In this document: piece by piece, positions 1 through 8,026 of the stretch
How positions within the stretch are numbered: the first letter of the stretch is position 1
Layout: the number at the start of each line of letters is the position of its first letter
NCBI GenBank assembly: GCA_044376115.1
Contig: JBILLK010000055.1
Coordinates: 1 to 15,340 of the forward strand
Length of the DNA: 15,340 nucleotides
Reading direction: 5' to 3'
From: Polyangiaceae bacterium
Lineage (GTDB): Bacteria; Myxococcota_A; Polyangia; Polyangiales; Polyangiaceae
Position numbers and translations under genes: made by a program
Notes under the pieces: model-generated
The model's database searches: none
Told to the model about the DNA's origin: nothing
The model's input: only the letters and a program-made list of their open reading frames with translations

Positions 1-26
1 CCTCAATGTCGATTCGCGTTGAGGGC

Positions 27-210
27 GCTCGGGAGGAGGCTCTCCGCGCGGCCCCAACGTCGAAACAGGTCGCTCGGCGCGAGTGGCTCTCGTTGCTTGC
101 CCCACGCTGGCGTGGGGGCCCGCGCACGAGAGAGCTAAAGATTTGATACTTGCGCCGCGCCTTGCTCAGCTGGTCGACGTCGGGGCCGCGCGGAGAGCCT
201 CCTCCCGAGC
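27..210. repeat. 37-bp inverted repeat pair (27-63 / 174-210, one mismatch) with nested inner stems; REPIN/MITE-like element
   Basis: 27-63 GCTCGGGAGGAGGCTCTCCGCGCGGCCCCAACGTCGA versus the reverse complement of 174-210 GCTCGGGAGGAGGCTCTCCGCGCGGCCCCGACGTCGA. Inner stems are CTCTCGT (87-93)/ACGAGAG (126-132) and CCCCACGC (100-107)/GCGTGGGG (110-117). The repeat is certain; its class is inferred. Confidence 0.85.
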
Positions 211-375
211 TTGGGTCGCGTGGTTAGAGAGCGGATCCGAAACGGACATCGCGCGGGCTACCGGCTAGGTGCAACCCTCATCGCTGCGTTGGACGTATTG
301 ATCCTCGTCTACTTGTTCCGTCGCATCGGCTAACAGCAAGCGGCCGGGCCCGGCCTTCGCGCTGTCAGCGATGGC

Positions 376-1041
376 TCATCGCATCACGCCGGTCGCGCAG
401 GCGCAGCGCCACGCCAACCAACGTCGCGCGGCTTGCCCAACCTTGACCGTCAAAACCTTGTTGAAGCCCGCCCCGACCGCGATGCCCACGAAGGGGATCG
501 CCTTCAGTGCCGACTTCGGGAGGTTCTTGATCGCCAGACTGAGCGTGAACGCCGCCGAGACGCGGAGCAACAGCTTTTGTAGCTCGCGCGAGGTGTAGTT
601 CGACGCGGCGGTCAGAGTCACATCACCGATGTCGAGCAGGATGTTCCTGCCCGTCGCGACCTCGCTAGTGTGTACAGCCGCCAACAGCAGCGCGAGCTGA
701 CGTTCGCGTCGATCCTCAATATCGAAGCCGTGGGCGTAGCACAGCGCGAGGCACAGCTCGGTCTCAAGCTTCAACACCGCCGCCATGTCGACGAGCGATG
801 TACCGATCGCCACCGTCAAGGTCCCGATCCCAGGGACAATACCGGGCAGCGCCGATATTCCACCGACCAGCGCGCTCCGATTCGAGTAGTGCGAAATCAA
901 CCGATCGCTCAGCTGACTCCGCCTCACAGCGCCCTCGCGCCGGTAGCCGTCGACCACCGCGCGAATATCTCCAGACGAAGCGAGCATCCGCTCCACGGCG
1001 TTCAAGAATCGGTGACCGGCCCCTTCGACAACCTCGTTCAT
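376..1041 (-). CDS. EcsC-family / DUF697-like protein, 221 aa
   Basis: Clean ORF with AGGAGG Shine-Dalgarno upstream of the ATG. Motifs GGISALPGIVPGIG, CYAHGFDIED and KAIPFVGIAVGAGFN are typical of EcsC-like proteins. Confidence 0.75.
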   Translation of the reverse strand: MNEVVEGAGHRFLNAVERMLASSGDIRAVVDGYRREGAVRRSQLSDRLISHYSNRSALVGGISALPGIVPGIGTLTVAIGTSLVDMAAVLKLETELCLALCYAHGFDIEDRRERQLALLLAAVHTSEVATGRNILLDIGDVTLTAASNYTSRELQKLLLRVSAAFTLSLAIKNLPKSALKAIPFVGIAVGAGFNKVLTVKVGQAARRWLAWRCACATGVMR

Positions 1042-1147
1042 GCTTCCTCCTCGCGCCCAACGCGGCGCGAGCTCGCTTGAGCACGCGTTGTGCCTACCGC
1101 GAACCAGTCGATTCAGCGGCGTTTGGGAGCTCCGCGTTGGCCACGAT

Positions 1148-1181
1148 CTGATCGATCAGCCCCGGACCTGATCGCGATCAG
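1148..1181. promoter_or_regulatory. Two related perfect palindromes, candidate operator
   Basis: CTGATCGATCAG (1148-1159) and CTGATCGCGATCAG (1168-1181) lie in the divergent intergenic region upstream of the putative antitoxin. Confidence 0.4.
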
Positions 1182-1236
1182 CACGCGTTGCTAGGGAGGC
1201 CGCAGCCGAGCCGGGCGCCGGGGATCGCCGCTCGAA

Positions 1237-1608
1237 GTGGACGTTTTGTTGAATTGCGAGGTCGATCGCCAGGGCATCGCGCTCCCATTCCGCCGAAGGC
1301 GGATGTACGTGATGGCTGTCGCGGGGCAGGCGTACGCCGAGTCCAGGTTGAATGTCGATGAAGTCGCGGCGCTTTTGATCCTGCCGGTTCACGATGCTGT
1401 TGCGCTGCTTGAGGAACACGGATTCCGCAGGTCTGTCGAGGCGCTTCGCCTTGACCCGGCAGCTCGGAAGGCGCGGATTGCGGAGCTCGCCAAGGAGCGC
1501 CGCCTACGAAGTGGCGCACCGATTGTAGACCCCGCCTGGGTAGAGCGTGAGGTCATCGCGAGCCAACGCATCGAGGACATCGACGCCCGCCCCTGGCTCC
1601 GAAGGTGA
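1237..1608 (+). CDS. Putative Fic antitoxin (FicA/VbhA-like inhibitory helix) with possible N-terminal HTH-like segment; start uncertain (GTG 1237 or ATG 1303)
   Basis: C-terminal EVIASQRIED resembles the (S/T)xxxE(G/N) inhibitory motif (SQRIED at 1561-1578). LNVDEVAALL looks HTH-like. It lies immediately upstream of a Fic catalytic motif. Confidence 0.6.
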   Translation: MDVLLNCEVDRQGIALPFRRRRMYVMAVAGQAYAESRLNVDEVAALLILPVHDAVALLEEHGFRRSVEALRLDPAARKARIAELAKERRLRSGAPIVDPAWVEREVIASQRIEDIDARPWLRR

Positions 1609-1821
1609 CGGGCGGTCGTCAGGATTCACCCCTTCGAAGACGGCAACGGTCGCGTCAGCAGGTTGTGCGCGACGCATATTCTCGTTCGTCACGGCTTGCG
1701 GCCAGTCGCGATTGAGGCTGTGAAGCAGGAATACACAGAGGCGCTCAACCACTATTTCGTTACGAGCGATCTGGATCCGCTGGTCGACCTCTACCTCCGA
1801 CTCTCCCCGGTCGGCCGCTGA
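1605..1821 (+). pseudogene. Truncated Fic/Doc-family toxin (C-terminal ~70 aa only)
   Basis: Frame 1, 1609-1821, reads RAVVRIHPFEDGNGRVSRLCATHILVRHGLRPVAIEAVKQEYTEALNHYFVTSDLDPLVDLYLRLSPVGR*. The canonical HPFxDGNGRxxR motif is at 1627-1662. There is no in-frame start; a GTGA overlap start at 1605 is in another frame. Confidence 0.85.
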
Positions 1822-2020
1822 CCTACACGTAAACGGACGAGCGCTGGGGTGCGGCTTGCAAGCGAGCCAGGCGCGCACCCCTTGATCGAAAATACCTGAG
1901 CAATTGCGTCCACTCGTTGGGATATGACCGTATGAAGCAGAATCTTCGGCCGCTCTGGGCGGAGTTGCTACCAGCCTCTCTGACCTTCGCCCTGGCTATT
2001 GATCGCCCCAGGGGCGCCCG

Positions 2021-3511
2021 ATGAAGCGGCAAGATCGCCTTTTGGTCCCACGGCTCGAGCACGGGCCGGCGTGGGCGCTCCTCGTGAGCTTGCTGCTCGG
2101 CGCAGCTTTGTTCTTCGTTCAGCAGCGGATGCCTGCTCCCTTCGTGGTGATCGAGGACTTCCGACGCTTCCTCCTTGACCGGAGGCCCCTGCCCAACCTG
2201 CGCTGGCTGGACTGGGTGGTGGCTGTGCACTTGGTCTTCACCCTCAGCTGCTCGCTGCTTCCCAAGGGAACTGTAGCTTGGCGTAAGGGGGATGCCCCGC
2301 GGACGCTTTATTGCTTTCGGGCGCCGCCGCCGCGGTTCTCGTGGTAGCTCGCTGGGCTCGCCCTCGTTACCTATTTAGCGCCGTTCCTCTACGCCCTACC
2401 CGAAAGCCAGTACCAAGTGCGGGAACTGCATCCGACGCTTGGTTTCCTTGGGGCACTTCACGGAGCTGGCTTGATGGTGCTGGTCTCAGCCTCGCTCTGG
2501 TGCTGGGTGGCCTGGCTTCTTGGATTACGCCGCTTTCGGCTAGGGGAGACGCCATCGGCTGGGCCGCGCTGGCTCCTCCAACTTCTCGGCTCGCCCTCGG
2601 TGCTCCGGTTGACTCGCTATCTCGGCGTTCGGCTCAGGCACCGTTCGTCAGCTGACCCGAGCTTTCTCGGCACAGGCTCGGCGCTCTTCATTGAGCAAGA
2701 GGGACACGTTGATCTGGTACGAGTCTTTGGCCTCGCCGACGGCTCGTGGGACCCGCGCCGCTTCTTGGTGGGCGAACGACACCAGAAATACGTTGCAGCG
2801 TACCGGCAAGCGCCCGCGGCAGCTGAGCCGGAGCGCGACTTTGATTGCTATGTACCCAAGGAGCCGGGGGCAGACGACAAGCTGGCTTTGCCTTTCCGCC
2901 TCGACGTCTGGCTATGGGTTTGCCTGGCGACCGCGCTCGTCGCGCTGGTCCTTGTTTTCATAGGCCATTGGGCGCTTGGAGCCGCCACCGTCATTCCAGG
3001 GGGATGTATCGGATTTCTGCTACAAGACAAGAGTTCGTCTGACCCGCTCGCGAGCGCGCTCAACCGCTGGCATTGGCATCAGGAAGGCTGGTTTCCGCCG
3101 GCGGTGCTGATGTTAGGGGGCTTCAGCACGTGGACTGCAATTGCCCACAAGCACGCCGGACCGGGGTATTCGATCGCGCCTTGGTACGAGGCCATGGCGC
3201 TCGTGTTGCCGCTGTGGCTCCCATTTTGGCTCAGCTTTGTTGAGCCGAGGATCTTCGTGCGCTTACGCGATAGCCGGCTCGAGTTTCGTCGCCTAGGCCT
3301 ATGGCTTCCCATCGCCTTCGCCTATGCCGAGAGCCCGCGCGTGCTCGTCCTCTGCTGTGGCCCCTTTCGCTTGGGCTTAAACCTCGTCCACTGGCGCGGC
3401 CATCCCTGGAACGCCCCGGACCTCGCCGCCCGACTACAACCCTATCTCGCCTATTGGGAGCCCAAGCCCGATGCAGCGCAGGAAGAGGCGGCGAGGGCAA
3501 CGGAGGGCTGA
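2021..3511 (+). pseudogene. Multi-pass membrane protein of unknown function (~496 codons) interrupted by one in-frame TAG at 2345-2347
   Basis: ORFs 2021-2347 and 2417-3511 share a frame. The gap is open and hydrophobic (FSW*LAGLALVTYLAPFLYALPESQYQVREL). Multiple TM-like segments occur throughout. Confidence 0.65.
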
Positions 3512-3560
3512 CGACGGGCCGCCGGCTAACGCGCAGCAGCGCGTGAGAGCCGGATTGCTG

Positions 3561-3569
3561 TGCTACAGT
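3561..3569 (+). promoter_or_regulatory. Extended -10-like element, probably a leaderless TA transcript
   Basis: TGcTACAGT ends 6 nt before ATG 3576, and there is no Shine-Dalgarno. Confidence 0.45.
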
Positions 3570-3575
3570 GCCATT

Positions 3576-3860
3576 ATGCGTCCCGGGAAGACGAAAACCA
3601 CGAGCTTTTCGCTCGACGAATCCACGCTGAAAAACCTCAGGGCGCTCGCAGCACGCAGGCACCAAGGCAACGTGTCTGCCTTCTTGGCGGAAGTGGCCGC
3701 TCGTGAGGTGAAGTTCGTCGCAGCGGAATCGCTCTTTCGGAACTGTGGGGCGCCGCCTCTCACCGACGAGGTCATCGCCAGCATCGAAGCCGAGTGGCGG
3801 GGAGAGCCAGCTCTCTCTCCCAACGTCGGAGGGCGCAAAACGCGACGGCGCGCAGCGTGA
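3576..3860 (+). CDS. vapB: Ribbon-helix-helix antitoxin (VapB-like), 94 aa
   Basis: KTTSFSLDESTLKNLRALA...GNVSAFLAEVAARE is an RHH pattern. It has a GTGA overlap with the downstream PIN gene. Confidence 0.8.
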   Translation: MRPGKTKTTSFSLDESTLKNLRALAARRHQGNVSAFLAEVAAREVKFVAAESLFRNCGAPPLTDEVIASIEAEWRGEPALSPNVGGRKTRRRAA

Positions 3861-4231
3861 CCTTCATCTTCGACGCGGGCATGCTAATCGCTCTTGCGCG
3901 ACGCAAGCGACGAGCGCTAGAGGCGTTTCAAAATATCGTTCGGCGTGGATTCTTGCCTATCGTTCCGGCCGTAGTTTACGTCGAGTGGTGGCGCGGCCGT
4001 ACTGACATGCGCGAGCAGATTCTCGCCGCAGTGATTATAGAAGAGATGCCACCTCTCCTATGCCGCGCTGCCGGCGAAGCGCTTGGCGCCGTAAAGGGGT
4101 CGACGCTCGCCGACGCCGTCGTGATGGCTTCAGCGGCTTTGCGTGGCGGAGGCATCGTTTACACCTCAGATTTGCCCGTCCTGACCCGATTGCAACGCCA
4201 CTTCCCGACCGTCCGCGTCCTCGAAGTCTGA
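3857..4231 (+). CDS. vapC: PIN-domain ribonuclease toxin (VapC-like), 124 aa
   Basis: FIFDAGMLIAL, VYVEWWRG, LADAVVMASA and VYTSD supply the PIN acidic residues. The GTG start overlaps the antitoxin stop. Confidence 0.88.
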   Translation: MTFIFDAGMLIALARRKRRALEAFQNIVRRGFLPIVPAVVYVEWWRGRTDMREQILAAVIIEEMPPLLCRAAGEALGAVKGSTLADAVVMASAALRGGGIVYTSDLPVLTRLQRHFPTVRVLEV

Positions 4232-4342
4232 CCTGGCGGACGAAGCGCTTCTCGACGGAAGCGTCAGCGTTAGGGCTTCACGCGGCTTTGGCCGCGCCGC
4301 TCGTACTCGATGCCCACAGACGGGCTGCCCGCCAACAGACGG

Positions 4343-4729
4343 CTAACCGACGAGCACCGTCCCGCTAGAAACCACCTTCCCAACAGGAAGGTCCACTGGG
4401 TCATTGCAGGTCTCAGCGACAGAGCCATTACGAGCGACGGCTTTATCATTAACCAACACAGTGCTTGCGCCCAGCACCACGGTGGCGCGGTTGCTCGGGG
4501 GCTGGGCAAAGCTCTTCGGCGCGACGACGTGACCCGGAGCCTGCTCGGCAATGCTGCCTACCACGGCAACGACGCGCCCCTCTGATAGCACGTCGGCCGA
4601 GAGAGCTTGCGCGAGCAGACCATCAAAGGGGAGCACGGTTGCGACCGGAGTGCCGCCGCCTTCCGGGATCACCAGATGGGTGTCGGTGCCAACGACATGA
4701 TCGCCTTGGGTTGCAATCGGCTCGCTCAT
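4343..4729 (-). CDS. PAAR-family spike-tip protein, 128 aa
   Basis: Three degenerate PAAR repeats (PIATQGD, VVAVVGS, AVARNGS), GASTVLVNDKAVAR, a terminal SGTVLVG, and His/Cys candidates for metal binding. It lies downstream of vgrG. Confidence 0.88.
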   Translation of the reverse strand: MSEPIATQGDHVVGTDTHLVIPEGGGTPVATVLPFDGLLAQALSADVLSEGRVVAVVGSIAEQAPGHVVAPKSFAQPPSNRATVVLGASTVLVNDKAVARNGSVAETCNDPVDLPVGKVVSSGTVLVG

Positions 4730-5373
4730 AAAGCTGAACCTCGAAGTTGTTGAACCAGCGCTGCTAGCTTGGTCACGAATTGTTGTTGGAGTTTTGCATC
4801 CCGCGCAAAGGCTTGAGCAAAGCGTCGTTGCAGCGCTTCGAGAACGTCTCTGTCGGCGACGCCAAAGCGCTGCAAGGTCGGCGCGTGATGCTCGCCGAAG
4901 ACGTTAAGCTGCGCCCGCAGCTGTGCGTACTCATCCAGACTCAGAATGGGAATCGCAAGCGGGCTCAGCTTGCCGCGGAAGCTCACATCGGAGCCGGCAG
5001 CCGTCGCCGTAGGAAAAGGCAGCATGACCGTCTCATCCGGATTGGGATTCGCCGACCCGTGCGCGGGTGCCGGCCTCGCCGACTCAACGCGAGCGCGTAC
5101 CTGCTCGGCGGAGAGCGAGCCGGCAAAGGGCAATGCCTGTTTAGGCAATGGGCCCAGCGGAAGCGGAGCCGTCTCATCCGGAGAGGCCGAAGAGAGAACC
5201 CAGCCGGGCACGAGCAAGGGGCTCGCAGGCTGTGCTGACTTCGTCTCCGGGAGTGCCGGATTAGGTAATGCCAAGTCCGAGGTTGCCATCGGCAGAACGT
5301 CCGGCTGAACGGTGAACCAACTGGGCAGCTCGGCAACGCGCTGCTCTAGGCCCAGCGCGGAGACCATATCCAC
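4726..5373 (-). pseudogene. Probable C-terminal remnant of a myxobacterial DUF2169-type spike-associated protein (alternatively a stand-alone 215-aa protein)
   Basis: Pro-rich linker with repeated PDET...LPF motifs and a helical tail LSLDEYAQLRAQL...TLQRFGV...FARDAKLQQQF, which I recall from C-termini of Polyangiaceae DUF2169 proteins. ATGA coupling to PAAR. The 5' end overlaps the truncated vgrG tail with no clear RBS. Confidence 0.5.
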
Positions 5374-7558
5374 GCTAAGTAGATAGCCAGGCCGTCGGGC
5401 AGAACTTTGAACGAGGCCTTACCGCTCTTGCTCTTGTCGACGACCCGCGCGGCGCCTGCTGCATCGGCTGGCCCACAATTGAGCTTTACAAGCGCACCGT
5501 TGAGCTTGGCTTCAGCGTCGAGCACGAGAATGCCGCCTTGTCCGCTTGAAACAGTGGCTTTGCCGCCTGCCAATGAGGCGGACCCATCCAAGACCAAGGT
5601 GGATTCGACCTTGTCACCAGATTGATGGCTTGAGCTGCTTGGAGCTGCCTCTCAAGCAGGATGCGGTCAGGCAAAAGGACGAGCCGGCTTTTACCGCATA
5701 GGAACTCGATGCCGCCGGGGCTTTGCATACGTACGCCCAAGGCTGCGCCTACGTGATAGTGACCAGAGACGGTGAGGGACTCATCACACACGAGACCGGC
5801 GCGTGCTCCCACCACCGAGGTCCGTGAACCCTGCACGATCGATAGGCAGTTGCCGGCAATCGTATCCACGACACTGCCCGCCACCGAGCGTTCGCAGTTG
5901 GCGCCGACGGTCAGGCGGTCTGCGCCTTTGACCAACACAGAGCGTCCCTTTTGGACGGCCAAGGTCGAATGCCCACCAACGACGCTAGAGTGATTGAGCG
6001 CGACTTGATCGCGCCGATCTCCACCCACCTTGACCTCGAGCTGGGACCCTGTGCTTACGACCGAGGCCGCGTCGGACGCCAGTGTGAGGTCGCGACAAGA
6101 ACGTATCTCGAGTAGCTCCTCGCCTCGCTTGTCCTCAAACATCAGCGTGTGCCCGCTGCCGCTGTCAGGGCTCGAGCGCGTTGCAAAGCCGTTGCGGGTA
6201 CGCTCGTGCGGGAAGCGTTGGACGGCCTTCTGCAGGGCGTTGTAGACCGAGCCGACGACAATCGGCCGGTCACAGTCTCCATCGATGTAGTCGACCAAAA
6301 CCTCGTTGCCGACGCGTGGAGTGAAGGAGGCGCCATAGCCGTTGCCGCCCCAGGGTTGGACCACCCTCACCCAGGCTGTAACGGCTGGGTGGGCACCGGT
6401 GCGCGTGTCCCAATGAAAGCGCAGCTGTATTCTGCCTTCTTCATCGGTGTGGATTTCCTCGGCCTCGGGGCCCATGACGGTCGCGGTCTCAACACCACGA
6501 ACAACGCTGTCGCGGGAACGCGGGATCAACAGCGAGATCCCAGCGGGTGCACACTCAATATGCGCTTCATAGCTGCGCTCAATCGCACCACCGTCACGCG
6601 CTGAGCGCCCCTCGTGCAGCACTGCGACCATTACGTAATGTGCATTGAGAGCGGGCTCGCTATGGTCGGTAAGCTGGAAGCTGTGCCCAGCCGCGCTTTG
6701 AGGCGTTAGGCATAGCGCCTTGGCCAGATCCGCGTTCTCGCGCGCTTCATGGAGTCGCAGGTCGGCGGAGTCTGGCTCTCCCGATAGATCCTCATTGGCG
6801 TGGTCGTGCTGTTCGAGCGCAAGTAGTTGGACCTGCCCACCGTCAGCGCCCGCACGTCATTCTGTACGATGGGCTGGCCGCTTCCAATCAAAGCGGCGAA
6901 CACTCTGCTGGACGGGCCGCAGGCGTACGTTACGAACCAAGCCCAAGACGCTGTCCTCGTCAGCAGCGCTCGCGTCCTCGAGCCCACCATGCCGAAGAAC
7001 GGGTTGAGGCATAGGCGAGTACGCTTCGCCGCGATCGGCAAACACCAAGATTGGGTGTGGCCCGTGCTCAAACCAGTAAAAGACTCCTTCCTCCGCAAGC
7101 ATGCGATGCAGAAACGCGAGGTCTCGTTCACCCCGCTGACAGCGGTGGGGCTTGCGCGTGGCGGTGCGGACGACGCGCCATTCAAACGGGATGCTGATGG
7201 GGGTAAGCAGCTCGCCGACCACTTCCTCCACCGTCCGATCGTGAAAGATGCGCCAATGCGAACGATGTTTGAGCACCGCGAGTCGTGGCTCGAGCCGAAG
7301 CCGCAAGACCACTCGACCATCCGCGCGTCGCGTCGCGAGTTCACAAGCGGTGATGATGCCATCGACCGAGCGAACCCCCCTGCCAACCGTAATCTCGAGC
7401 CGCGCAGCACGGCCCAACACGGCCTGCTGGTCCACAACATCCGAGCAGGCCACGCGGATCTCGAAGCGGAAGGGAGCATTGACGCGCTCCCTCCCTTTAA
7501 AGCCGAGCACGATAAGATCGCCACCCAGCGAGTCGATCGTCAAAAGGAACGGGGTCAT
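5346..7558 (-). pseudogene. vgrG: Type VI secretion spike VgrG/TssI, disrupted by an in-frame TGA (6857-6859), a frameshift near 5615-5620 and a probable 3' truncation
   Basis: gp27-like motifs FKGRERVNAPFRFEI, RIFHDRTV and QRGERDLAFLHRMLAEEGVFYWFEH. gp5 OB-fold motifs EIHTDEEGRIQLRFHWD, AWVRVVQPWGG and PRVGNEVLVDYIDGDCDRPIVVGSVYN. ORFs 6857-7558 and 5486-6631 share a frame with an open gap after the TGA. The beta-spike end (LVLDAEAKLNGALVKLNCG) is in the frame of ORF 5346-5597. Confidence 0.92.
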
Positions 7559-7564
7559 GGTTGC

Positions 7565-7596
7565 TGAGTCCGCAGCGGCGTTCTCGAGCGCTCAAC
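7565..7596 (-). promoter_or_regulatory. Bipartite promoter-like motif, copy 1 (vgrG)
   Basis: Minus strand reads GTTGAGCG-N17-GGACTCA-gcaacc-ATG(7558). Confidence 0.7.
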
Positions 7597-7635
7597 TATT
7601 TTTGCGTCGATCTTTTTTTGCTAGCTCGCCTCATT

Positions 7636-7667
7636 TGTGAGCAGCCGCGGTCACGAGCCTGGACTCA
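7636..7667 (+). promoter_or_regulatory. Bipartite promoter-like motif, copy 2 (small protein + sigma operon)
   Basis: TGTGAGCA (7636-7643), 17 nt, GGACTCA (7661-7667). Confidence 0.7.
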
Positions 7668-7696
7668 ACGATGGGCCTTGTTGCGTGGAGTCGAGG

Positions 7697-8023
7697 ATGC
7701 CTGGTCACAAGCCAATACCGATGGTAGTTTCTGAGCCGATGCCAGTGGATGAAGACGCTGAGCGCGAGCAAGTAGCGGAGGCTCTCGTTGAGGAGGCCTT
7801 ACTCGGCTTTGGCGAGTTTGATCCGGCTGAGCGCGCGATGATTGAGGCGATGCTGATCACCGACCTGCTCGTTGACCCTCGCTATGCGGATCTTATGAAG
7901 GTGGCCGTGCTTGACGCGCGACGCAGCGATCGCAGCGACCTGGTGAGGCGCGATGGGACGGTGCAGGCAGTGCAGGAGGCCGTCGAGGCTCGTGCGGCTG
8001 GCCGTGCGCGCAGGAAAGTCTGA
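7697..8023 (+). CDS. Small acidic helical hypothetical protein upstream of the sigma factor (~108 aa; alternative ATGs at 7721 and 7739)
   Basis: GGAG lies 6 nt before ATG 7697. It has an acidic amphipathic helical core and a basic tail, and its stop is 3 nt before the sigma ORF. Confidence 0.7.
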   Translation: MPGHKPIPMVVSEPMPVDEDAEREQVAEALVEEALLGFGEFDPAERAMIEAMLITDLLVDPRYADLMKVAVLDARRSDRSDLVRRDGTVQAVQEAVEARAAGRARRKV

Positions 8024-8026
8024 TCA

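Noticed and set aside
4281..4296. Hairpin CGCGGC-TTTG-GCCGCG between the convergent vapC and PAAR genes as a terminator
   Set aside because: It has only a 6-bp stem and no U-tract on either strand, which is too weak to call.
1606..6859. Stop-codon reassignment or programmed readthrough explaining the in-frame stops at 1606 (TGA), 2345 (TAG) and 6857 (TGA)
   Set aside because: TGA and TAG clearly terminate intact genes here (coupled overlaps at 3857-3860, 4726-4729, 13163-13166 and 13777-13780; TAG at 8713). vgrG also has a frameshift, and Fic readthrough would still lack most of the fold. Decay is the simpler explanation.
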